A DNA stretch of 64,000 bases from an uncultured Gammaproteobacteria bacterium (GTDB lineage Bacteria; Patescibacteriota; Microgenomatia; UBA1406), in assembly GCA_964414145.1 (NCBI GenBank), contig CAYPVH010000002.1, positions 59,369 to 123,368 of the forward strand, written 5' to 3'. Under the pieces are notes generated by a model. It was not told the origin of the DNA. It saw only the letters and a program-made list of their open reading frames with translations, and did not search any database. A program made the position numbers and the translations under genes. Within the stretch, counting starts at the first letter, position 1; each line of letters starts with the position of its first letter. Positions 1 through 8,400 of this stretch are shown here, piece by piece.

Positions 1-283
1 TTAATGTTAACAAAGAAAATAAACCATGACCAGAACCTATATCTAAATGTTTATCGAGTGGTTTTATATCTACATGTTCAATTAATTTTACAAACCTCCT
101 TTTAAAGTTGTTTTCATTTTTAATATATTGTTTAAGTGAATAATCGGTGTTGTTTGGATAATCCTTTATTTTTGAGAGAGCTGGGTTGTAAGCAATTTTA
201 CAGTTGACACATTCAAATAAATTAGATTTCTCGACTTTTTTATAAAATTTGGTTTTTGCGCCACAAATAATGCAAACAGTCAT
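1..283 (-). CDS. Class I SAM-dependent methyltransferase, 5' part only (runs off the left edge), with an N-terminal CxxC...CxxC zinc ribbon
   Basis: Not in the ORF track. Reverse-complement translation from ATG 283..281 gives MTVCIICGAKTKFYKKVEKSNLFECVNCKIAYNP...KPLDKHLDIGSGHGLFSLLTL. LDIGSGxG resembles SAM-binding motif I. The frame stays open to position 1. Confidence 0.6.
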   Translation of the reverse strand, partial: MTVCIICGAKTKFYKKVEKSNLFECVNCKIAYNPALSKIKDYPNNTDYSLKQYIKNENNFKRRFVKLIEHVDIKPLDKHLDIGSGHGLFSLLTL

Positions 284-286
284 TTA

Positions 287-1315
287 TTATTGAAAATTAT
301 TATAGAAGTTAAGCGACCTTTCGACGGCAATATTCCAGTTTTCTTGTGGTAATAAATTATGTTCAGCGCCAGGGTACGAATAATACTCTATTTCAACTTC
401 TAAACTATCAAGCTTATTGTATAGTTCGTTAGACCAGTCAAGCGGTACCGCGTCATCTAACGTACCCTGATGTAGTTGTATGGGTGCCTTAATCCATTTG
501 TAATAATTGGGGGGTGAAAAGTTTTCGATATTATAATTTACTTCAAATTCTGCAATTACCTTTCTAAGCGCTTTTCCATTATCTACAAATTCATCTGTGA
601 AGTATAAAACCGAATATGGAAATGGTTTAGAAACAGGTGCCCACAAAACTGTTGGGTAATTTTTACCGGTTATAGCTAAAACAGAAAGGGCAATATGGCC
701 GCCGTTACTATGCCCCCAAATAACTGTTTTTTCTGGGTTTACTCTTATTTCTTCTATGCCTTTTTCTGCCAGTGCCGCATTGATGTTTTTAACAGATGCT
801 AGCATATCTAGTGCTGTTGTGTAAGTTTGGAACCGTTCTTCTAGCGAATCAGAAGATGGGTTATCGGAAGAACCATAACCTAGAAAGTCGGGCGCAACAG
901 TTACAAAACCATTCTCAGCTAATGTTTTACCAACATTATTTGTTCCAATCCCGGTTGAATAAATAGATTTATCAACAAAGCCCCTGAATAGCACTGCTAC
1001 AGGTAATAACTCACCTTGATTAGGAATATTGATCAAACCACTAACTTTCTTGCCCTGGGTTGTAAAATAGAAAATAAATGAAGTATGGGTTTCGTATTCA
1101 CCAATAATTTCACCTATTTCAATTTTACTCCCGGTGTTGTTTCTATTACTTTCTTTTAAAGATTTAAACGAATACTTTTTTAATGGGTAACCAAAAATTT
1201 CTTTTTCAATAAACGGACTTATTTGATTTTGATTTGTTGTATATATTCTGCTTAGGAAAATGCCAGAAAACATACCTACGATAAGCGCAAATATTATTAG
1301 AAGTTTATTTATCAT
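287..1315 (-). CDS. Membrane-anchored alpha/beta-hydrolase (serine hydrolase, dienelactone hydrolase / S9 peptidase-like)
   Basis: 342-aa ORF with an N-terminal TM (LLIIFALIVGMFSGIFL), the nucleophile elbow GHSNGG (GxSxG), and later D and H contexts (GTLDDAVP, GAEHNL). Confidence 0.65.
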   Translation of the reverse strand: MINKLLIIFALIVGMFSGIFLSRIYTTNQNQISPFIEKEIFGYPLKKYSFKSLKESNRNNTGSKIEIGEIIGEYETHTSFIFYFTTQGKKVSGLINIPNQGELLPVAVLFRGFVDKSIYSTGIGTNNVGKTLAENGFVTVAPDFLGYGSSDNPSSDSLEERFQTYTTALDMLASVKNINAALAEKGIEEIRVNPEKTVIWGHSNGGHIALSVLAITGKNYPTVLWAPVSKPFPYSVLYFTDEFVDNGKALRKVIAEFEVNYNIENFSPPNYYKWIKAPIQLHQGTLDDAVPLDWSNELYNKLDSLEVEIEYYSYPGAEHNLLPQENWNIAVERSLNFYNNFQ

Positions 1316-1382
1316 GTTAGCTTAAAATTTAATATAGGGCAATGCAGAAACATACAATGACTAAATTGTAGACTATAGTCCC

Positions 1383-1410
1383 TTGTAAAATATTTGTTAA
1401 TGTTTATAAA
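1383..1410 (+). promoter_or_regulatory. Putative sigma70-type promoter of the 1419 gene (TTGTAA-16-TATAAA), with the -10 box 8 nt from the ATG
   Basis: TTGTAA at 1383..1388 and TATAAA at 1405..1410, with the ATG at 1419. There is no room for a Shine-Dalgarno sequence. Confidence 0.3.
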
Positions 1411-1418
1411 TTTACTAT

Positions 1419-4094
1419 ATGAGATCATTCTATCAAAACTCCATTATAGTTTTATTGATCTGTTTGACAATAGCATATTTATTTCCAAATTGGAGTAATG
1501 CATTAGGCAGCTATTCAAAAAGTGAAAGTAATCCATTAATAGTTCATTTTAATGAAGAATATTCTGAATTAATGCAGAGTCATATATTTAAGGGAAATGA
1601 TAAGTACCGTGGCTTATTTTCTTTAAAAAGCACGACTAATAATAAATACAATATAGTGTTATGTGAGTCAAACGACGGAATTAACTGGGATATTATAAAA
1701 ACAGTACTATCTTCCGATACTGATCTTTTTGCCCCGCGATTATTAGAACTTAATGATGGAATTAATAAAATATATTATACGAAACATGATTTTGATAAAT
1801 ACAGGATATACTCGGTTGACTGTGATTCAAATTATGATTGTGGTGAAAAAACACTGTTATTTGAACCTACTGACTCATATGAAAGCAACGGGTCTTTTAG
1901 TGCCTTTCCTTTTATAAATAATGATAAAAAAATAATATTTTATGGTGTGTGGGGTCTTAATGGTTTTTCAATAAGATTATTAATCGAAGATAGTAATGGT
2001 GAAATTCATAAGTGTAGTACCGAAATAGTTAGTTCTGCTGATTCACCTTTTATAGTGGAAGAAGACAATAAATTTGTTATGTATTATCACCAAAGTTCTG
2101 GTGGTGGAATTAATCATGTTTATACAGAGGATGAGGATATTAACTGTTTAACGAGTTGGAATTATGGTGGAAATGTTATTACCAAAGGTGAGGATTATGA
2201 TTTCCATCATATAATTTCTCCCTCAGTCATAAATAGTTATGGTAAGAGTTACTTATATTATAGTGGACTGGGTAGTGCTGGTTGGTCCCTCAATTTGGCT
2301 ATTCGTGAATTGGAAAAACCCAAAACAAAAACAGTCATTATTCCTGGAATGTTTGCGTCTTGGAACAAAGATGCAGTACTACACGAAACATTTGTAGACC
2401 TATTTAGCTGGGAATTAAACCCAATGGTTGATGAATACAATGGTATTGTAGAAAGCTTGGTAAACGCCGGTTATCAGCAGAATACCGATTTATTTGTATT
2501 TAATTATGACTGGCGAAATAGTATAGAAACTACAGCTGAAAACCTAAATGCATATGCAGAACAAAATATATTTACAAGTAATCCGAACGAAAAAATAGAT
2601 CTTGTTGGCCATTCTTTAGGTGGCTTAATTGCACGGGTATATGCTCAGAAATACCCAAACAAAGTAAATAAAGTGGTAACTGTTGGTAGCCCTCACAAAG
2701 GGGCCGCCCCTGTATATAAAGCGCTTGCCGGCGGCGAGTTGGAAACCACTAATTCTATAGAATATTTAGCTCAAAAACTAATGCTGCAGTTATATAAAAA
2801 CACCATTCAAACAGATAGAGAAGTTATTAATACCAAGCTGCCCGTTCTTAAAGATTTATTTCCTACATATAGTTTTTTGTTGAACGAAAATATGCAAACG
2901 ATAGATATTTCAAATATGACTATAGAAAACATATTGTTTACATTATTAAACCAAGACTATACAAATATTTCAGACAAGCTAGTAACGCTAGCTGGCGCTA
3001 AAACACAAACAACACACGGTTATAAAACAAAACTACCTACAAAGTTAGACAAGTTACTTGGTAATTATGTAGACGGGCGCCCAATAGAAAACATATATGA
3101 CCAGGGCGACAACGCTGTGCTTAAGAGTAGTGCCTTGTTTGGTACAAACAAGCAGGTTCTTGATTTACTGGATCATGGCGAAATAATATATAAAAAGGAA
3201 GGAATTAAAAAAATAATGGATAGCTTGGAAATTAGCTACAACGAAGCTGAAATTATTGAAGGTAGCAAAACCAATCTTTTCCCGTCACTTTTGTTTTTAG
3301 TCTTGTCTCCTGTTGAATTGCAGGTACAAACAAATGGTAATGTTTATACAGAAAATCAGGGTTTAATTTTTATTCCCAATCCCATATCGGGTGAATATTT
3401 AATTAAAGCTACAGGCAAAGAGCCGGGTAAATTTTCCATAATTATTTATTATTTGTCCAACGAAAAAGAAGTCTGGAAACGATTAGAAGGTGAAGTAGCT
3501 AGTAATAACCCAACAGAACAAGAATTTAACTACGTGTTTAATTTAAACACCAGCACTAATGAGCTAACTTTTAATAAAGAAGATTTGCTTTTAGAATTAA
3601 TTACATACTTAAACATTCTAAATGAAACGGTAAATAACAAAAATATAGATAGTGCTGCTAAAGAACTTATTAAGCTACAAAAAAGCAAAAATCTTAATAA
3701 ACAAAATTATATTAGAAGTATTCTAGATAAAACTCATACAAAATTATTTAATGCCAGAAAAGAAGTAAATAACACTACACTTCAAAACAGCCTACTAAAC
3801 GCGGTACAAAAATTAGAAGATATTTACCCCTTATATGTTCAAAGTCAGTACTACAAGAAGTATGTTAAAACACTAGAGCAAAAACTAACTAAAGCTAACT
3901 TTCAGTTGCGTAAAGCAGAAAATTTTTTAACCGGTAAAAAGAATGTAAATAGAAATATAAAAGCAAATGCTGTTATTTTACAGCTTGCTTGGGAAAAATA
4001 TTACTTAGCAAAGACTAGTTTAGAAAACAATAGTTTATCTGCTGCTTCAATATTGCTAAGAACTGTAAACCGTATAATCCCTCAACTAAATTAG
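1419..4094 (+). CDS. Large secreted LCAT/PGAP1-like lipase-family alpha/beta-hydrolase with N-terminal beta-rich and C-terminal helical regions
   Basis: 891 aa with an N-terminal signal (IIVLLICLTIAYLF). The central region has VIIPGMF...NYDWRNS...LVGHSLGGLIARVYAQKYP...VTVGSPHKGA, i.e. the YDWR + GHSLGG pattern typical of LCAT/lipase families. The N-terminal ~300 aa are beta-propeller-like (unverified). The C-terminus is K/N/L-rich and helical. Confidence 0.6.
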   Translation: MRSFYQNSIIVLLICLTIAYLFPNWSNALGSYSKSESNPLIVHFNEEYSELMQSHIFKGNDKYRGLFSLKSTTNNKYNIVLCESNDGINWDIIKTVLSSDTDLFAPRLLELNDGINKIYYTKHDFDKYRIYSVDCDSNYDCGEKTLLFEPTDSYESNGSFSAFPFINNDKKIIFYGVWGLNGFSIRLLIEDSNGEIHKCSTEIVSSADSPFIVEEDNKFVMYYHQSSGGGINHVYTEDEDINCLTSWNYGGNVITKGEDYDFHHIISPSVINSYGKSYLYYSGLGSAGWSLNLAIRELEKPKTKTVIIPGMFASWNKDAVLHETFVDLFSWELNPMVDEYNGIVESLVNAGYQQNTDLFVFNYDWRNSIETTAENLNAYAEQNIFTSNPNEKIDLVGHSLGGLIARVYAQKYPNKVNKVVTVGSPHKGAAPVYKALAGGELETTNSIEYLAQKLMLQLYKNTIQTDREVINTKLPVLKDLFPTYSFLLNENMQTIDISNMTIENILFTLLNQDYTNISDKLVTLAGAKTQTTHGYKTKLPTKLDKLLGNYVDGRPIENIYDQGDNAVLKSSALFGTNKQVLDLLDHGEIIYKKEGIKKIMDSLEISYNEAEIIEGSKTNLFPSLLFLVLSPVELQVQTNGNVYTENQGLIFIPNPISGEYLIKATGKEPGKFSIIIYYLSNEKEVWKRLEGEVASNNPTEQEFNYVFNLNTSTNELTFNKEDLLLELITYLNILNETVNNKNIDSAAKELIKLQKSKNLNKQNYIRSILDKTHTKLFNARKEVNNTTLQNSLLNAVQKLEDIYPLYVQSQYYKKYVKTLEQKLTKANFQLRKAENFLTGKKNVNRNIKANAVILQLAWEKYYLAKTSLENNSLSAASILLRTVNRIIPQLN

Positions 4095-4096
4095 AT

Positions 4097-4795
4097 CTAA
4101 CTAAACTGCAGCATTTTTTCGATTTTACTAAGGTTATGAAGCGTGTAATTTTTGTTTTTGTTTGAAAGCAAATTATTGTCTATTAATTTATATATTTCGC
4201 GGCTGGCGGTTTCGCGCGAAACACCGGCTAAAGCAGCAATTTCTTTATGAGTTATAGAAGATTTTATTTCGGCTTGGTTATCTGTTTTTTTACTGTTTAC
4301 AATTACATAACTATAAAAGGCCATTAATACTTTGGTGGTTGACAGGCTTAGCATTTGGTTTTCCAGGCACTTTAGGTTATATAAAGACCGCTGAACCAAT
4401 CTTTGCAAAACGGCTTCCAGTAAAAAATTATCTTTTTTTACTGCGTCGCAGAGTGTTTTTTCTGGTGTTTGCCAGGCTTCGGTATTTGAGCAGGCTTCGT
4501 AGTAATACTGACTGGTATGATTAAATAGATCGTATATGGGAAATACCTGGTTTTGCCCGAATAAGTTAAGTGTTTTTTCGTCGCCTTTGTGATCTAGCAA
4601 ATATTGGCGCACAATTCCTTTTTTTATTAAATAACAGTATTTATTACCACTGCTTTCAATATCAATAATTGTCTCGCCCTTCTTAAATTTAACGAGCTCA
4701 AATGTTTTGAAAAACTTACTTATATAATGGGCTAAATTGTTATCCACTATACAAAGTATAATACAATTCCTATTTTTGTATGTGACGATTGTCAC
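4097..4795 (-). CDS. Crp/Fnr-family transcriptional regulator (cNMP-binding domain + C-terminal HTH)
   Basis: 232 aa. FKKGETIIDIESSGNKYCYLIKKGIVRQY matches a cNMP-binding beta-roll, and the C-terminal THKEIAALAGVSRETASREIYKL is a Crp-type HTH. The track start is GTG 4795..4793, inside a CRP-type palindrome, so the true start is uncertain (an alternative GTG lies at 4747). Confidence 0.8.
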   Translation of the reverse strand: MTIVTYKNRNCIILCIVDNNLAHYISKFFKTFELVKFKKGETIIDIESSGNKYCYLIKKGIVRQYLLDHKGDEKTLNLFGQNQVFPIYDLFNHTSQYYYEACSNTEAWQTPEKTLCDAVKKDNFLLEAVLQRLVQRSLYNLKCLENQMLSLSTTKVLMAFYSYVIVNSKKTDNQAEIKSSITHKEIAALAGVSRETASREIYKLIDNNLLSNKNKNYTLHNLSKIEKMLQFS

Positions 4796-4796
4796 A
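4781..4796. promoter_or_regulatory. Perfect CRP-type palindrome TGTGA-N6-TCACA
   Basis: The sequence tgtgacgattgtcaca reads TGTGA cgattg TCACA, and the longer arms TGTGAC/GTCACA are also complementary. It overlaps the annotated GTG start of the Crp/Fnr gene and lies 11 nt downstream of a minus-strand TATAAT (4813..4808). Confidence 0.6.
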
Positions 4797-4903
4797 ATAC
4801 AGGAATTATTATAGTCATAAAATATTTTGTAAAAGTATTTTTACTATATTACAGAAAAATATGAGCAAACAATGTAATAAGGGTTGAATTAGATACTTTT
4901 TAT

Positions 4904-4923
4904 AAATACACAACATTTGTGTT
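4904..4923 (+). promoter_or_regulatory. Copy 1 of a shared 20-nt box AAATACACAAnATTTGTGTT (core palindrome ACACAAnATTTGTGT), abutting the -35 of the adhesin operon
   Basis: AAATACACAACATTTGTGTT is 19/20 identical to 13515..13534. The core ACACAAC-A-TTTGTGT at 4908..4922 is a 7-bp inverted repeat with one mismatch. Confidence 0.55.
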
Positions 4924-4951
4924 TGACAAAATTTGACCAAGGTTATAGTAT
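4923..4951 (+). promoter_or_regulatory. Putative promoter of the adhesin operon (TTGACA-17-TAGTAT, or TTGACA-15-TATAGT)
   Basis: TTGACA at 4923..4928. TAGTAT at 4946..4951 and TATAGT at 4944..4949 are the two -10 options. The ORF-track TTG start at 4917 reads through this promoter. Confidence 0.35.
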
Positions 4952-4982
4952 TGTATTTCAGGAAATTATTATAATAAACTAT

Positions 4983-5399
4983 ATGTTTCTAAAAAATAAA
5001 ACCAGGGGCAGGTTGTTTAGCTTTTTATCACTTTTGTCTATTTTATTTCAGTTACTTACTCCTTATTTGCTTTTTTTACCACCTGGAGTTGCTTTAGCTA
5101 AAGAAACAATAGTAGCAAAAGTAGACTTTGATAACAACACCAACGAATTTTTAGTAGAAGTGAATAGCAAAGAAAACCTAGAGTATTTGTTGGTATACAG
5201 GCAAAACGAAAAAAACGAAGCAATCACAGGTAAAGTAGAAAATGCAGAAGCCGATTTTAACAAAAAATTATTTGCCGGAACTTGTTCTGCAAACGGGGCT
5301 TGTGTTAGCCATAAAGTAGAAAAAGGTATTTTAAAATTTATATTGAAAGCCAGAATTATTTTAATGCCAAAAGATTTATTATTGAAAATGGAAAGCTAA
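4983..5399 (+). CDS. Signal-peptide-bearing small ORF, probably the displaced 5' end of the giant adhesin gene
   Basis: ATG 4983 gives MFLKNKTRGRLFSFLSLLSILFQLLTPYLLFLPPGVALAKE (n-h-c signal peptide) and then a beta-rich domain. The adhesin reading frame is already open from 5315, so the two frames overlap across an A5 run at 5320..5324. Confidence 0.5.
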   Translation: MFLKNKTRGRLFSFLSLLSILFQLLTPYLLFLPPGVALAKETIVAKVDFDNNTNEFLVEVNSKENLEYLLVYRQNEKNEAITGKVENAEADFNKKLFAGTCSANGACVSHKVEKGILKFILKARIILMPKDLLLKMES

Positions 5400-5428
5400 A
5401 TATAGTTTATGAATCGGATGAGGGCGAT

Positions 5429-8400
5429 ATGGAACTAGCAAGCCAAGAAGAAGACTGGCTAAAAACTGATAACGAGATTACCCCCACACCAATTCCAGGA
5501 CCAACACAAATTATACAACCTACAATTATTCCAACCCCAACCGGGGACATATTAAATGAAGGAATTAACATAGAAAGAAACCCAACCCCATATTCTGAAA
5601 TAGGAACGGTTGAAACAGAGGTTGTGGAAACGTATCAATGTTTGCAGAATTCATTAAACGGTTGTGTTATTACAGATAAAGAAGATTACTCGCCGAATGA
5701 AGTGGTTTTAATTTCTGGACATGGGTTTATTCCTAACACTCCATATGTTTTGGTAATTGCGTCTGAAACGGGGCAACTAGCGGAACAATTTGGAATTTTA
5801 ACCAATAAAGAAGGCAGTTTTGAATATAGTTATCAACTAGATGGTACATACCGACCAAACTATAGCGTGTTTGTTTATGATTCAAATAATAACTTAGTTA
5901 CAGAAACAAGCTTTACGGATTCGCCACCGTCTGAATGTATCTCTGATACTGATTGGGCAGATGATGAACCTGGACAAAAAGACTTAACAGAAATGTGCAC
6001 AGATTATTCCGAATGGTCAGCTTTTTTAGAGGTCTCTTGGAATTGGGATGATATAGCCTGGAGTGGTAATAACACCGGTGATGCATGTAGTCTTTTTGAT
6101 AATGACAATGATGGATATGCTAACTATGCAGTTTGTGTTCAAGTAACTGATGAGCCTGCTGTTTTTGATTCACAATATTTGTACACCTGTAATGATACAA
6201 GTGCTGTTCGATGTTTTGATAGCACTCTAAAAACCCCAAGCGCTAACACAATATGTGTTGCATCAGTACAATCTGGTACCAACCCTTTCGATTTAGGAAG
6301 TGATACAGTTGCAGATTGTAAAATTAACACTTTAGATGTTGGTGGAAGTCCTACGATTCTATTAGATGTATGTTCATATCCATCAGCTCAACCAAATTCT
6401 GATCCTTCTGATTGTATTGTTGCTTCAACAGCAAATCAAACTGGATTTCTCGAAGTTAAGAAAGTAATAGATCCTTCAACCGATTCTGGTTTGTTCAATT
6501 TACAGATTGATGGTACAACATATAAATATGACGCAGGAAATAACGGGTCGACTGGAGAAAAAATCGTTGACGCCGGCAATCATATAATTAGAGAAACAGC
6601 CGGAACGGCAACCACTTTAACTGACTATACATCTTCAATTGAATGTAAAGATGCTAATGGTTCAGGATCGATTGTTGCCCAAATCACTGGTCCCGGACCC
6701 TTAACAGTTCCGGTTGAAAATAATGATGATATAGTTTGTACCATTACAAATACTTATCAAGGGGGCTCTGTTACAATAATTAAAGATAGGGTTCCAGACT
6801 ATCCAGAATCTTTTCAATTTACCGGGGATTTGGGTAGTTTCGATTTATCTGGTGATAGTACAGCTGTTGACTACCAAAAAACATTTACTAATTTAACACC
6901 TCAAACCTATGTAGTCACCGAGCTTGAACCAAGCGAAACATATCTAGACTCAATTAGTTGTACAGGTGACACCGATAACGGGACGGTAGTTAATCTTGAT
7001 AATAATAGTGTCAATATTGATTTAGACCAGAACGAAGATATTGTTTGTACATTTACAAACAAAGAAAGAGGTTCAATCTCCGGAACTAAATGGGAAGATA
7101 TGAATGGTAATGGAATTAGAGATGCAGAGGATTTACCAATTTCCGGCTGGACGGTTAAACTTGATAAAGATGCAGATGGCGTAATAGACCAAACTACTAC
7201 GACTGATGGTAACGGTGATTATACTTTTAACAATCTTCTCCCCGGAACATATAAAGTATTGGAAGAATCGCCTTACCCTTGGAATGTTTCCTACCCTTCG
7301 TCGGGTATAAATTATTATAACGGAATTGTTTTAACTACTGGTGATAGTCTAACTGGCTATAATTTTGGAAATTATAAAAATGGCGAAATCAAAGGCTATA
7401 AATGGGAGGATATTAATGGTGATGGCAATAAAGATAATGGTGAGGGAGCGCCAGATAATCAGTGGCAGATTAAATTATGGAAAGAAATAGATGGGATACC
7501 GGTAGATCAAGGTAGCTCAGTTTATTCTAATCCAACTACTGGAGCTTTTACTTTCGGTGTCACGCCAGGAACTTATTATTTAAGTGAGGTTATGCAGGAA
7601 GGTTGGCTGCAGACTTATCCGACCAACGCAGTTTTGGCCCCTGATGGAGTTACTAGGTTACTTGGACCAATAGTGATCACCTCGGGTTCAATTAGCGAAA
7701 ATAACAATTTTGGTAATGTTCAACAAGGTTCTATTTCAGGATACAAATATGAAGATATGGATGGCGACTTGTCAACAACAGAAGATTTAAGTAGTATTTT
7801 TGGCTGGACAATAGATCTATATGAATGTATTGATGATTTTGATAATTGTCTTATTAAAGAAACTACTCAAACAGACAATGATGGCTATTATATTTTTGAA
7901 AACTTGTTGCCCGGTCTTTACAAAATTATAGAAGCATTACCGGGTGGCTGGACAAACATACTACCAATAACAATAAACGGGGAATTAACAGCAGGTGAAG
8001 TAAGCACTGAAAACAATTTCATCAACTTTGAAAACGTGTCTATAACCGCATGCAAAGTTGAAGATAACGACGGTCTTGTAAACACAACCGAAGACCAAAC
8101 TTTTGTTAACGGCTGGGAAGTAACCTTAACAAAAAATGATATATCAGATACTCAACTAACAGAAACGGATGGTTGTTATACTTGGAGTAATTTAGAACCA
8201 GGAGATTATGCACTTTCAGAAGAAGCAAGAAATGGCTGGACAAACTTAAATAGCTCAACACATAGTTTTGGAATTGTTGAAAGTGGGCAGAGTTATAGTT
8301 ATACATTTGTCAATAGCCGTCTTGGTGAAATTATTGTTGAAAAGCAGGTTTTGCCAGATGGTTACTATCAAACTTTTGCTTTTAATGGCGAAGTTTCGGG

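Noticed and set aside
5319-5326. Programmed -1 ribosomal frameshift signal at gAAAAAgg joining the two adhesin ORFs
   Set aside because: It is not a canonical X-XXY-YYZ heptamer in the upstream frame (codons GAA-AAA-GGT), and no obvious downstream hairpin was seen. Tract-length error or variation is the more economical explanation. It is kept only as an alternative in the finding.
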